64,000 nt of DNA from positions 5,155,366 to 5,219,365 of the forward strand of contig MU056050.1 in the NCBI GenBank assembly GCA_013239625.1, written 5' to 3'. Below the pieces are notes generated by a model. It ran no database searches, was not told the DNA's origin, and saw only the letters and a program-made list of their open reading frames with translations. Origin of the DNA: Lama guanicoe (Eukaryota). The position numbers and the translations under genes were made by a program. This document shows, piece after piece, positions 26,428 through 40,904 of this stretch; within the stretch, counting starts at the first letter, position 1, and each line of letters begins with the position of its first letter.

Positions 26428-29400
26428 GCATCTGGTTTCCAGTTCATCATGAAGGGAGCTTGTAAGTCATTACTCTGTCCTGACGACAAATAAAAAGGTG
26501 AAAAACTGAAAACCTCCAACTCTTTTGAGATCTATCACATTATTGAGGTTACAGAGAAAATCACTGCCCCCAAATTGGAGAAACATCAGTCAGATATGTA
26601 GATCACAGCTTTTCAAGCAGACACCCATAAGCAGAAACCGAAATAGGAATCAGTACAAGAGTAGGAAAACTTAAACTGTAGTTGGAAAGTGACTGGAGGT
26701 TCAGTGTAAACAAACCTGAGCGTTAAAAACCTCGGGAGGTGCAAGTCTTAGGGAACCAAGCCCACACTTTTGTGAACTGCCAGGAACTTCCCTAGGTTCT
26801 CACAGTTGTGATCAGAGAAAAATTCCTCATGATTCTGCCAGGAGGGGGAGAAAAGAAACCATTTTGAAATATACCAGATCATTCTGTGCTACTTAACAAA
26901 GCCTATCCTCAAGAGAAACTATTTTAGTAGAGCTCAATCTATTAGAGCTTTATCAAAGCTAAGTGACCTGGGGAAACAGAAATATCCAACTCCAGCTTTC
27001 TCTTGCTTTCCAAATGGGGAAAGTGAGGAAAGGGAAAGACTCAACTCCAGCCCCCTCTTTCCACCCTATTTTCCCACCTAAAGGAGTGGGGGATGGAAGC
27101 ACTTTAGAAGTTCACAATTCAGGGCTACAGGGTCAACTAAAAGACTGAGAACCAATCATAGAACTATACAACACTGTCTTTCTCCCCACATCTCAGCAGC
27201 ATATTACTGAAAGCCTATTTACCACAATTTCTTTTACCCAGTATATTATGTCCAGCTTTCTATAAAAAATGCATAATAAGAACAAAAAAACACAGTTAAG
27301 GCAAAGAGTAAGCATCAGAATCAGAATCAAATATGGCAAGAATGCTGGAATTATCAGAGAAGCAATTTAAAATAACTATGATTAATATCCTAAGGCCTCT
27401 AATAAAAAAATAAGACAACACACAAGAATAATTGGGTAAACAGAGAAATGGAAATTCTGAGAAAGAATCAAAAAGAAATGCTAACACTGTAACAGGAATA
27501 AAGAATGTCTTCAATAGATTTATGGGTAGACTGGACACAGCTGAGGAAAGAATCTCTGAGCTTGAGAATATGTCAATAGAATCTTCTTAACTGAAAATCA
27601 AAATAACATTGACTGGAAAAATGGAATAAAATATCCAAGAACTGTAGGAAAACTATAAAAGGTAAAACATATGGGTAATAGTAATACCAGAATAATGGAG
27701 AAAGGAACAGAAGAAATATTTGAAGTAACAGTACTGAGAACTTCCCCAAATTTACGTCAGAAGCCAAACCACAGATCTGAGATACTCAGAGAACACCAAG
27801 CAAGATAACTGCTAAAACAAACAAACAAAAAACACAGACAAAAAAGACTCACAAGTACATCTAGGCATATCATATTCAAAACTAAAGAAAATAAACAATA
27901 AAGAAAAAAATCTTAAAGGATGCCAGGGGTAGGAGGAAGCCCTTACCTATACAGGAGTAAAGATAAAAATTACATCTCATTTCTCCTTAGGAACCATGAA
28001 AGCAAGAAGAGAGTGGAGTGAATATTTAAAGTGTTAAGAAAAAACTACTTATTCAAAATTCTGTACCCTAACAAATTATCTTTCAAAGGTGAAGGAGGAA
28101 TAAAGACTTTTCTCAGACAAAAAAAATATTGAAAAAATGTGTTGCAGTAGACTTGTCTCACAAGAAATGTTAAAAGAATTTTCTCAGAGAGAAATAAAAT
28201 GACATGGACCAGAAACTTAGATCTAAATAAAGGAAGAGCACTAGAGAAAGAGTAAGAGAAGGTAAAATAAAATCTTTTCATGTTTCTTATTCTCAATCTA
28301 AGAGATAATAGTTTGTTCAAAATGACAATAGCAACAATGTATTTGATTATACTTCATATATAATTTAAAGGAATGACAACAGTGGTGTAAGGGATGGAAG
28401 ATAGGAATAAGGAATACTTTATTATTATAAGGTACTTGCACTATCAAGCAGTATACTATATCTGAATTTTAAAATGGAATAGTTGTAAATGTACATTCCA
28501 AAATCTTGGGCAATCACTAAAAATGTAAAAAAAAAAAAGAAGCACAATTGATATGCTGATAAAAGAGATAAAAAGGAATTATACAAAATACTTAATTAAA
28601 ACCACAAAAGACCAAAAAAGAGTGGAAGACAAAAATAGGAACAAAGAAAAGGTCAACAAATAGAAAACAGTAACATATGGTAGACAACTATGTAAATAAC
28701 CACTTTAAATGTCAGTGGTCTAAATGCACCAATTAAAAGAAAGAAATTGTCAGAGTGGATCAAAAAACAAGGTTCAACTATATGTTGTCTATGAGATACT
28801 CACTTTAAATGCAGACATATGTACATTAAAAGTAAAAGGATAGAGAAAGACATACTAAGACAAATTCATTAAAGGAAAGTTAGAGTAGCTATATTAATTT
28901 CAACCAGAGGTGACTTCTGTGGAAGAGAAATGATCAGGAATAAAAAGGGAAATTACATAATGATAAAGGGGTCAATTCTTCAAGAAGACATAACAATCCT
29001 TGAAGTGTATGTACCTTACAACAGAGCAACAAAATACATGAAGCAAAAGCTGCTAGATCTACACGGACAAATAGATGAAATCACTATTATAACTGGAAAG
29101 GTCAACACCTCTCAATCAGCAGTGAACAGACCTAGCAGGCAGAAAATCAGTAAGAACATAGCTGAACTGAACAGCAATATTAATTAACTAGATATAAATA
29201 ACATATATAGACTGCTTCATCCTATGACAGTAGAAGACACATCCTTCTCAAGCTCACATGGAACATTCACCATGACCACATTCTGGATCATAAAACATGA
29301 CTTACCAAATTTGAAAGAATAGAAATCATACAATGTATGCTCTCAGACAAAAAAGGAATTATACTAGAAGTGAACAACTGAAAGATAGCTGGAAAAATTT

Positions 29401-31558
29401 CAAAATACTTGGATATTAACCAACAATTCTAAGCAACACGAGTCAAAGAAGAAGTATCAAGAGAAATTTAAAAATATTTTGACCTAATAAAAGTGAAAAC
29501 ATAACTTACCAAAAATGGTGTGAGACAGTAAAATCAGTGCTTAGAGGGAAACTTACAGAATTGATTGCATAGATTTCAAAACAAGAATGAGCTAAAAATA
29601 GTAATCTGTTTCCACTTTAGAAAACTAGAAAAAGAAGAACAAATTATGTCCGAAGTAAGCAGAAAAAAAAGATTTAGAGCTGAAACTAGTGAAATTAAAA
29701 ACAAGAAGTCAACAGAGAAAAATCAATAAAACCAAGAATCAACTCTCTGAAAAGATCGATAGAATTCGGTAAACTCATACTCAATATTGTCAAGATGTCT
29801 TTTCTCTCCAACTTTATCTATAGACCCAATGCAATCCTAATCAATATTCCAGCAATTATTTTTTTGGATACTGAGAAATGGGTTTTAATATTTATATGGA
29901 AAAACAGTGAAAAAAAAAAAGTGGCCAACAAAATACTGAAGAACAAAAAAATTGGAGTACTAACACTACCCAACTTCAATACTTAAATATAAAGTTACAA
30001 TGATAAAGACAGAGTGGTATTGGTGAAAGAATAGACAAAATAGATCAATGGAACAGAACAGACTGCTCAGAAATAGACCCACAAAAATATGGTCAACTGA
30101 TGTTTGAAAAGGGAACAAAGGCAGTAAGACAGAGGAAAAGTAGTCTTTTCAACAAATGGTGTTGGAACAACTACTGGATATCCACATGCCAAAAAAAGAA
30201 TCTAGATTTTTGACCTTATACCCTTCATAAAAATCAACTCAAAATTGATCACAGATCTAAATGAAAAATGCAAAAGTATAAGACTTCCTTGAAGATAACA
30301 AGAGATAATCTAGGTGACATCAGGACTGGCTATAACTTTTTAGATACAACACCAAAAACACAATCCATGAAAGAAAGAATTCAAATATTGGACTTCATTA
30401 AAATTAAATACTTTGCTTGTTTAAATCCACTGTCAAGAGAAATAGAATATAAGCCACAGACTGGAGGAAAATATTTTTAAAAGACATATCTGATAAGGAG
30501 TATTATCCAAAATAAATAAAGAACTCTTAAAACTCTACAATAAGAAAATAAATAACTTGATTTTTTAAACGGGCTAAAGAAATGAACAGACAGCTCACCA
30601 AAGAAGATAGACAGGTATCAAATAAGCATATGAAAAGATGTTGACCATCACGTGTAATTAGACAAATGAAAATTAAGACAACCGTGTAATACAACTACAG
30701 ACTTAGTAGAATGGCAAAAACCTAAGACACTGATAACACCAAATGCTGGGGAGGATATGGAGAAATGGGAACTCATTCACTGCTGGTGTGAATGCAAAAT
30801 GGTATAGCCATTTTGGAAAACAACTTAGCAGTTTCTTAACAAAACTAAACGTACTGTTACCATGTGATCCAGCAGTCATTTTCGCTGGTATTTATCCAAA
30901 TGAAATTAAAAACATGTCCACACAAAAACCTGCACATGGGTATTTATTGCAACTTGATCATTTCTAAGACTTGGAAGCAACCAAGATGTTCCTCCTTATC
31001 TGAATAGATAAATAAACAGTGGTACATCTAGGCAATGGAAAGTTACTCAGCAATAAAAAGAAGTCAGCTATCAAATTGTTTAAAACATAGAGAAATCTTA
31101 AATGTGTATTACTGATAAAGGAATCCAATCTTAAAAGGCTATACACTATATAACTCAATGGTATGAAATTCTAGAAAAGATGAAACTATGGAGACAGTAT
31201 AAAGACCAGTGGTTGTCAGGGGTTAGGAAGGAAAAAGTGATGAATAGACAGAACAAAGGATTTTCAGGGCTGTGAAACTGTTCTGTATGAAACTATAATG
31301 GTGGATACATGTAATTATACTTTTGTCAAAACCCATAGAATGTACAAGACCAAGAGAGTCCTGGTGTGGGTTTTGGATGTTAATTATGTGTCAGTGAACA
31401 TTCAGAGTTTGTAACAAATGTACCACTTTAGGGCTGGATGTTAAAAGTGAGGAAGGCCATGGCATTTGTAGGGGCATGGGATATAGGAGAGCACTGTATT
31501 TTCTGCTAAATTTTGCTGTGATCATAAAACTACACTAAAAAAATAACCTATTAAAAAA
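26428..31558 (+). mobile_element. L1MC1-like element with both termini, lacking the RT domain
   Basis: 5' end, ORF1, EN (ORF 28930..29187 'GNYIMIKGSILQEDITIL'), deletion near 29775, C-terminus, 3' end 'ttttgctgtgatcataaaactacactaaaaaaataa'. Confidence 0.85.
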
Positions 31559-32004
31559 CCTTTTAAAAACATTTCATGCAAAGAACAGCACAAAACAATA
31601 TTCCCTGAGTTTCTATAAATGTAGCATGTTCAAAGAATAGAAAGAAAGGCTGCGAGGCTGGAACATGAGAATGAAGTGACTGGTGGTTGAAAAAGAGTAA
31701 AGTTCAATCAGTGCCATTTAGATTAGCAGTTGATAATGCAAACAGACTGATATCTCATTATTGATCCGGATCTGCAAACACAAATGTAACAATTGGACAA
31801 GTTTATTTTTATTGTTTTTGAATACCAACTACATATGAAGCACATTTCTGGGTGGAGGAAATAATAAAATTATGAGTATAATTCACAGTCCCTACTTTTA
31901 TGGGGCTAAAACATTAGTACACTACAATGTATAGAAATAAAACAACAAAAAAATGCACTGCTATCAAAGAGGTAAAAATGGAATACTCTGAGGATCAAGA
32001 GGAA

Positions 32005-32278
32005 AAATTTACATATTTGTTGATTATAAAATATTACTTGAGGAATTATTGTGTGCCAGGTATTATTCTGGGCTTTGAGGAGGATTTTTGAAGAAGACAA
32101 AGATATCTGTCCTCACAGAAATCATTTTCTCATTAGGGGGACAGACCATACACAATGACATTAATAAATAAATGTAGTATATAATATGTCGGAAGTTGAG
32201 ATGTGTTGTGGAAGTAAATAGAGCCATGCAAGGAGATTAGAAAACCTGATGGTATGTGTGGGGTGGTGAGTGCAATGT
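32005..32278 (-). mobile_element. L2 fragment
   Basis: 'tattgtgtgccaggtattattctggg...tctgtcctcacagaaatcattttct'. Confidence 0.6.
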
Positions 32279-32550
32279 TTTATATTTATTTATTTAATAT
32301 AAAGTTTCAAGTGTATACTACTATAATTCAACATCTGTATACCCTGCAGAGCAATCACCAATCCCAAGTCTAGTTACCATCCATCACCATACAGTTGACC
32401 TGCCTTCACCCATTTCAGCCCCACCAACACTTTTCCCCTCTGGTAATCACTAATCTGTTCTTTGTATCAATAAGTTTGTTTTTGTTTTAATTTGTTTGTT
32501 GGTTGGTTTTCTTTAGATTTCACATACAATAGTTGTCTTTCTCTACCTGA
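32279..32550 (-). mobile_element. L1 3' tail, antisense
   Basis: 'aagtctagttaccatccatcaccatacagttgacc...cccctctggtaatcactaatctgttct'. Confidence 0.85.
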
Positions 32551-32559
32551 AGTGATAGA

Positions 32560-34510
32560 CTTACCTATTAAGATATTTGTTAGAACAATATCCAAAGCAG
32601 ATGAAACAGCATCTGACTTAATAGTGAAACAGTAAAGTCTGCCCTGCTATTGTCAGAAACGAGACAAGGTTGCCTGTCATCTCTACTACTATTTAGTATT
32701 CTGTTGTAGATGTTAGTCAACACAGTTAAACAGGAGGAAACGCCGAAATTATACAATTCGGAAAGGGAAAGTTAATCCAACCCAATTTGTAAATGGTATG
32801 GATATAATTCTGTAATACTAAAGAATTCATGGAAAAAGTACCATAAGAAAAAACATAATTTAATAAATCATATCAGGTAATGCAATTCATTTACACAAAT
32901 TAACATAATCCATGAATAAAATAAAACCAATTTGAAAATATAAAGGAAGAGAATGTCCCATTCGCAAAATAAATTTTAACATTGGATATAAATGGCTAAT
33001 TTCAGGACTATGTTAATGAACATACAGACTGACTCTGGAGCATCCTTTAGTGCCAGAAATTAAGGAAGTGCTAAAACAAAACAAAACAAAAGAACAGATA
33101 ACAACTCAAATGATGTGAACACATCAAAGGGATGTAGAAGCCAACTTAAAGAGCTTCCAGAGGCCAAAGCTATAGCAATTTGAACCACTAAAGTAATATT
33201 GGATAATATCCCAAAGTAAAAAATAACCCAAACTATAAATGACTGAATAATGATTGAATAAATTACTGAGGAAGAAGAGACAAATCTCCTTTGAGGGAGA
33301 ATTTCAAATAACTTATGTAGATTTTACCCCTCATGTAGGTGGAGTATTAATCTCCACACTTTAAATGTAGGATCCACGTATTGCCTTCCTTCCAAAAGAG
33401 TACATTATGGCTAGGAAAAAAAGAGTAACTTTACAGTGAAAAAAAGCTGACAAAAACTACCTCAGCCAAATGATCAATGTTATCATCATCTATGATAAGT
33501 CAGTCACATTGATATGATGTAATGAAACTGGCACCTTATCTCTGTGGTCTTCCTCCCCAAAACACACCCCAGTCTATTCATGAGAAAGTAATCAGACAAA
33601 TCCCAATTGAAATTGAGGGACATTTACAATATACTTGTCAAGTACTCCTAAAACTCAAGATCATGAAAAATAAAGTCAAAGAAACTCATAGGTAAGAGGT
33701 GTTTAAGGAGACCCAAAGACTAAATGAAATGTGGTACCCTAAATGGGATCCTGAAGCATAAAAACAATATTAGGTAAAAACTAATAAAATCTGAATTAAC
33801 TATGGACTTTAGTTAATAATAATGTATCAGTATTTATTCATTAAGTGTGATAAATATACAATATTAATATGAGATGTTAATAATAGGGGAAACTGGGTAG
33901 AGTATATAGAAACTTTTGTACTACCTTAACATTTTATTTCAGTGAATCTAAAACTACTTTAAAATTTTAGATAAATGTATTTTTAAAAACTGAATGTAAG
34001 CTTAACAAGAAATATATGAAGCCTGAATGAGAAAAATATAAAACACTTCAAAGATTCCCAAATGGACTTAAAAACAGAAAAATAAATTATATGGTCTTAG
34101 AAAGACTTAAATTTATAAATATTTCACTCATCCCAAGGTAAATTTATAATTTTTAGTCATCCTGATAAAATTACCATTAGGTTCTTTTTCTCCTGGTAGA
34201 TCTCAAAACGTTTATAACATTTTAAGAACAAACTTACTGGAATTGTCAGAAAAAAGTATAAACACATCTGATATTAAAGAAGCCTGTAAAAACTATGTAA
34301 TTAAAACATACTAGGTTTTTATTAATATACAGTGTAATATAATAGAATGGGCAATCTAGCAGGAGACCCAGTGGATAGGGTAGTTTAGTGTGCAATGAAG
34401 GCATTTCAAATGACTGAATAAAATATAAAAATATTTTGGTTACTATTAAGATAATTGGATAGCTTGTGGGAAAATGTTATATTAGTTATATTCCCTTCAT
34501 GGTAAATCAG
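32560..34510 (+). mobile_element. Very old L1 ORF2 fragment with a nested L1MD-type 3' UTR (about 33000-33975)
   Basis: 'gagacaaggttgcctgtcatctctactactattt'; L1MD-type 'gagcatcctttagtgccagaaattaaggaagtgct'. Confidence 0.75.
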
Positions 34511-35580
34511 AACAGATTCAAAAATCAATATGAGATTGAATTCTACTTCCAGGATGGTAGCATGAAGTGTGCCACAGACCCACTCTCAGGCAAAACAAAG
34601 CAAATTGGTAAAAACTGTATTTAAAAACCCAACCATTTAAAGTCTCTGGCCATTGTCTTAGGAGAACAACACAAGTGAAGAAATGTCTACCTAAAAAAAT
34701 TACTAAAACTATAGTGAGAGTCTGAGACATTTGGGTCAGGATTATTCTCACAACTTTCTAGAAAATTTAAGACTATTCTAAATTAAAAACAAATTACATT
34801 GGGCATAAAATGAAAAATAAATAATTAATATTTCTGCTTCCTCCCTCCCTCTCACCCATCTCATCTTGAAGTAAATTCCACTTTGTGTGGGTTTGGTTAA
34901 GAAGATAGGGGCTAAATCCGGAGATCAAAATTTGCACCTCTTGGAAAGTGATGGAAATGTTAGGTATCTTGATTGTGGTGGTGGTTTCATAGGTGTATAC
35001 ATCTAACAAAGTTCATCAAATTATAATCTGAAATATGTGTAGTATACTATACAAGAATTATACCACAATAAAGGTGTTTAAAAAAAGAAAAAAGTATAAA
35101 AGTAAACAACAAAAAGAGAAGAAGAAAAAAGAGAATATGGAATTCCCTTTCCTTTCAATTCCCAAGGGTTACTATTTCTGAGAAAGGCTTAAGGCCACAC
35201 TTCTCTTCCTTTGTACTTGCAAACTGAAGAGAATAAATTCCTGTTGAGTGTGGCTGACGTATTTGGGACTTCTTAATTCATTCAGCCTCTACCTATAGAA
35301 TGGAGGCACTATTTCAGGAGTAGCAGACTGTGAATACTGGGTCTTAATTGCCCTCAGCCTCGCTTGCCTCTAGGGCAGAGAATTTATGCTGCGAGAAGCA
35401 AGTTAAGAACAGAGGCTACTTCTTTACCCAGTGCTCTTAGTTAGTAGCTTCGCTATTTTGCCCAGGTGGAGAAGTTCATAAGGAAAAAAGCTCACCAAAG
35501 TCCTCCACAGAGGAACTGAGTTTGAGACAGAAGATTAGGAATTTTAAACCTAAGGTTATTCTTAAAAATAATAGCTCCTC

Positions 35581-36433
35581 AGTAGCTGCTCTTTTCCCAA
35601 AGCCTTGCAAGCTGAAACTGGATGACTTGATATAAATATCAAAGAAATCTCCACAACAGATTACAGACTAAGGACCTTCATGCCTGCTGCTGGGTGCTCC
35701 ACTCAGAAAAGTTCACTGGAGCAACGGATGCCATCACCAAATGCACTCAAACTGCAGACCAGAAAATCCATCAGATCACCACATGAATGTTTGAGCCTAA
35801 CACCTGGAAATCTTCTCAACCAGCTGTCCTCTGGACTCAGAAACTGGGTTTCCAATTATTAATGTTTGGTTTTCTTTTATTTTCAGAGAAATCCCCTCAT
35901 TAAATACTGACTGCTTTCATCATCTAGCAGATATCCTCCACCAAATGAGAAATGGACTTACGTTGTTCAACGGAAGAAGAATGGATCTTCTTTCCTTGAA
36001 AAAGAGTGGGGGACAAAGACTTTCTCCTTTGATGAAACTTGACTCAAGCTCCTCTATGTCCACTTTCTGACTAGTCTCTGACTTTGGCCTCTGTCCTTGG
36101 TCCGTTTAGTACAGTTTTAGCAAGAATGCCACTGGGTCAGTTTAGTGAAAATTCCCCATGCTTAATATCTGATCAAATTCCTTATTGCTCAGTCTCAGTA
36201 TCTTCTCACCCTGATTTGCCTTCAGCAAAAATCCTGTCAAGTTGATTTAACCCAAATTCCCCTTATCCCTGATGTTTCTTCTTAGAAATATTCCACCCAC
36301 TGTACTGTACCCTTTTCATTCGTTATAAATCTCCACTTGTCTTTGTTGTATTCAGAATTAAGCCTAATAATTTCTCTCCTGTTATGACATCCTACTGCAG
36401 TAATCCCCTTAAATAAAGTCTGTCTTAAAATTG

Positions 36434-36471
<38 letters not shown>
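35581..36471 (+). mobile_element. MER31-like ERV1 3' internal sequence, PPT and U3-R, ending in an A-rich tail (processed ERV retrocopy)
   Basis: PPT 'gaaaaagagtggggga' 35998-36013; MER31-like LTR 'acaaagactttctcctttga...ttttagcaagaat'; AATAAA 36412-36417; TSD 12/14. Confidence 0.75.

Positions 36472-36479
<8 letters not shown>
36434..36479. repeat. (TAA)n microsatellite, about 15 units
   Basis: Visible. Confidence 0.95.
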
Positions 36480-36481
<2 letters not shown>

Positions 36482-37894
36482 CCTCTCCTAATTAAGAGCA
36501 ACAAGATAAATGATAGGCCAAGTAGTTCACCAGTGAGAACGAGAGAAAAAGAGAGTTAAGAGCCTTTCTGGAGTGAGAACAAACCTTAAAGACTGGCATC
36601 AAGATCAACCCTGTCCAAATTCAGTTGGAAAAAGTATTGAACAATTTAAGCCCCAAGGCATTGTTGAAAACAATAGGGCTAACAACTGGTAATTACTGGA
36701 GCCTAAAGGCTGGGGGTAATACCCAATTAAACAAACCACTTAACAGAGAATACCAGAGAAAGAGGCAGAGAGCCTTAGTAAAACAACTGTGCATCCCACT
36801 GTGACTATGTGCACGTCTCTCACACTTTGGGGAAAACAGACATTACTAAAATGGCCCGGCTACATCATTAGATAGACAATCAACAGCAGCAAAAACAAAC
36901 CTTGGATACGGGTAAAAGGGAATTTGTATCCACAGTTGCTATATTATCTAAAATATCCAAATTTTAATAAATTATGAGACATGCAAAGAAACAGGAAATT
37001 ATGACCCATACAAGTGAAAAAGGAGGCAACAGAAACAGCCCAGGAGAGTGGCCAAATGTCATATTTAACAGACAAAGACTTCAAAGTAGCTAATTTAAAT
37101 ATATGCAAATAATTACAGGAAACCATGCTTAAAGTAAAGGAAGGTTTGATAACAATGCTTTATCAAATAGAGAATATTGATTAAAAAATAGATATTATAA
37201 CAAATGAACCAAATGGAAATTATGGAGTTAGAAAGTATAAGAATGAAAATGAAAAATTAACTAGAATGGCTCAATAGTAGAATTTAACTGCATAAGAAAA
37301 ATCAACAAACTTAAAGATAGATTGACAGACATTATACTATCTAAAGAGAGACAACGGGATGAAGAAAAATTAACAGAATATCAGAGAAATATGGCGCACT
37401 TTTAAATGCAACAGCATACATATAGATTATGAGAAGGAAAGGAGAAAGAGAAAAGAGCAAAAAAAAAGAAAATGTGGGTAAATAATGGCTCAAAACTTCC
37501 CAAATTTGCTGAAAAACATTAAACTAAACATTCAAGAAGTTCAATGAACTACACATAGAATGAAGATTCACATGCAGAAACATAGTAGAAAAGACAAAAG
37601 AGAAAGTCTTAAAATAGAGAAAAACAAATCATCATGTACAAGTGAATCCCAGTAATGTTAACAGCTTCTCATCAGAAAAAATAAAGGCCTAACCAGCAGT
37701 GAGATGACACATTCAAACTTGTGAAAAGATCATGAACCAATATACAGCAAAACTATCTTTTAAAAGAGAAGACAAAGACTTTCTTAGAAGAACAAAAAAC
37801 AGAAAATTTATTGCTAGTAGACAAGAAATGCTAAAAGTTCTTCTGAAGTCAAACAAAGAGTTCTACAGAAAGGTAGCAAACCCATATGGAGTTT

Positions 37895-37897
<3 letters not shown>

Positions 37898-37944
<47 letters not shown>
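37898..37944. repeat. (CA)n microsatellite, about 23 units
   Basis: Visible. Confidence 0.95.
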
Positions 37945-37946
<2 letters not shown>

Positions 37947-38699
37947 GATCACTGGTAGAGGCAATGATGCAATTTATAAAAGACAAAATAAATGCCCACT
38001 TCTTCTCTATTCTTATATGGAAAAGAAAATGTATAAAACAATATTTATGTAATTATATTGTTGGGCCCATGTCATGTGGGACTGTAATATATTTGACAGC
38101 AGCAGCAGAGGAATGACTGAAAGCAAAGATGTAATGGAGTAAGGAAATGACAACAGATGGTAACATAAAAACACAGAAACCAATCAAGAGAATCAGAAAT
38201 GGTAAATAATAAGTTAAGTATAACAAATCTTATGTGTATCTGTTCTCCTTTTTTAATCATCTTTAATAGACATAAAATTTTCAAAAGTAATAATTATCAC
38301 AATATACATTTAGCTTTGTAATGTATATAGATATATTCAGTAGAAAAATAAGCACAAAAAGGGGAAAGTGGAACGGAGCTAGATAAGAAAATGGAATGGC
38401 ATTTCTATAATCTCATTGGAGTTAAGTTAGTATAAACCTCAAGTGGATTTGAAGATTTAAGATGTATATGGCACACCCTAAAACATCCACAAATAAACCC
38501 CTCAAAAATATAGTGGAAAATTCATTATAGGAATCAAAACCTTAAACTAGAAAATATTCACTTAATGCAAAAGAAAGCAGTGAAGAAGGAACAGAGGAAC
38601 AAAAAAGACTTGAGACATATAGAAAACTAAAGTTAAATGGTAGACATAAATTTAACTATATCAGATTAAATGTGAATAGATTAAATAATCCAAAAAAAG

Positions 38700-38860
38700 A
38701 GAAACAACAAGTTCCTACTATATAGCACAGGGAACTATATTCATAGTTTGTAATAACCTATAATGAAAAACAATGTAAAAAATAATATATATGTATAACT
38801 GAATCACTATGCTGTACACCAGAAAGTAATACAACATTGTAAATCAACTATACTTCAAAA
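38700..38860 (+). mobile_element. Short L1 3' tail insertion
   Basis: 'aacaacaagttcctactatatagcacagggaactatattc'; TSD-like aatccaaaaaa(a)ga on both sides. Confidence 0.9.
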
Positions 38861-40904
38861 AAATCCAAAAAAGAGGCAGATTGTTAAACTATGTTAAAAA
38901 ATTTAAAAACATATTTATATGATGTCTACAGAAGACATAGCTTAGACATGTTACCAAAGATAAATTGTGTTCAAATAAAATTAGGCTGGAAATAAAAAGG
39001 TGGAAAAACATGTATCCTGCAAATAGAAACCATAAGGAAGCTGGGGTGGCTAAACTAAAAAAGATAAAGATAGATTTAAGAACTAAAAATGTTACTGGAA
39101 ATGAAGTTTTAAAATGAAAAAAGTGTCAATACATTAGGAAGTTATAACAATTATAAAAATATATGTGCTGAACAGCAGGACGCCAAAATACATAAAGCAA
39201 AGGCTGATAGAATTGCAGGGAAAATAGACAATTCAATAATAATAGACTAAATATTCCACTTTCAGTATTGGCTAAAACAACTAGGCAGATCAGAATGGAT
39301 ACAGAAGACTTGAACAACAAAGTAACCAAACTAGACTTAACATCCATCTATTGAACCCTACCCGACAACAGCAGGACACACATTCTTCTCAAATGCACAT
39401 GGGACATTCTCCAGGATAGATCATGTGCTAAACCATGAAATAAGCCTCAATGGAGTTAAACTGAAAATTAATAATACGAAGAAATTTGGGAAATTCATAC
39501 ATACGTGGACATTAACAGTTTACTTAACGAACAGGACAAAAAAATATAACCAGAGAAATTATAAAATACTTTGATATGAAAGGAAATGAATCACAACATA
39601 CCAAAACTTAAAGGATGCAGTTAATACAGTGCTCAGAGGTACATTTAGAGCTGTAAATGCCTATATTAAGAAAGAAGTAAGATCTCAAATTAACACCGTA
39701 TCTTCCATTTTCAGACATGTGAAAAGGAAGGGCAAGCTATATGTATAACAAGCAGAGGCAGAAAATAATAAGGATTAGAGTAGAAATTAAAGAGATACTA
39801 GAAAAACAACAGTGAAAACTATCATCAAAACCAAATGTTCGTTCTTTGAAGAGATTAAAAAATTGGCAAACCTGTAGTCTGACCAAGAAATGATAAAGAC
39901 TCATGACTATAAACAGAAATGAAAGAGGAAACACAATTACTGACTTTACAGAAATAAAAATTATCATGAATGAATACTAAGAATAACTGCATGTAACAAA
40001 ATTAGATAAACTAGGTGAAATGGGAGCATTCTTAGAAATGTGCAAACTATGGATACTGATTAGAAGAACTAAGTAGTCCAGATCCATCTGGCTTTACTGG
40101 TAACTTCTACCAAATATTTGCAGAAGAATTAGTATTAGAACTTTGAAAACCCTTCTGAAATATAAGAAAAGAGGTAACATTTGGTGAAAGGAACACGATT
40201 CAAAGAAGAACACATACTGTGTCATTTCATTTATGTGACATTATGGGAAAGGAAAAATAAATGGATAGAAGATTACATGGTTGCCAGAGGTTCAGTGTGT
40301 TGGAGAAGTGACAACAAAATATTTAGCATGAGGGAAGATTAGAGTTGTGGCTACAGGATTTAATAACATTTATAACACTGCATAAAACTATATAACAAAA
40401 AGACTAAATCTTACTGTTTGTTAATTAAAAAATAAATTTAGAAAATGTCATCTAAAATGAAGAGTCAATTGAAGGTTTTGACAATTCCAAATATATACAC
40501 TTCATATTAACTTTAAAGATTATTACAAGCAATGTAATTACAGTATTTAAGACCACTGTAAAAATACACATATTTTCTTCAGAAAATATCAGTAGCATGG
40601 TGTTAGATGCCAGTATGACTAAAAATATGAATATGTCCAACAATTGTTCTCACTGTACTTTTTATATTGAGATAATTGAGTCTATAAAATATTTTGCTGC
40701 TATGTGTGTACAAATACACTTTTATTTTTAGAATTTATCCATGAAAATATTTTTAGATTCAACTATATGCTAGGTTCAACATTAAAACAAAACTATGTCA
40801 TTATGTCACGAAACAAGTATCTCAAAACTGTAATAATCTTGATTTGTTTTAGTATCCCATTTTCACTTTCAAAAGTATACTGATTTGGATGACAAAAACT
40901 ATGA

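Larger units (their letters stand above)
34540..40445 (+). mobile_element. Ancient L1 (5' UTR, ORF1, EN/Z, 3' fragment) hosting several later insertions
   Basis: 5' start 'ttctacttccaggatggtagc'; ORF1 about 37000-37830; EN motifs about 38650-39460; L1 3' tail inserted at about 34930-35110. Confidence 0.75.
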
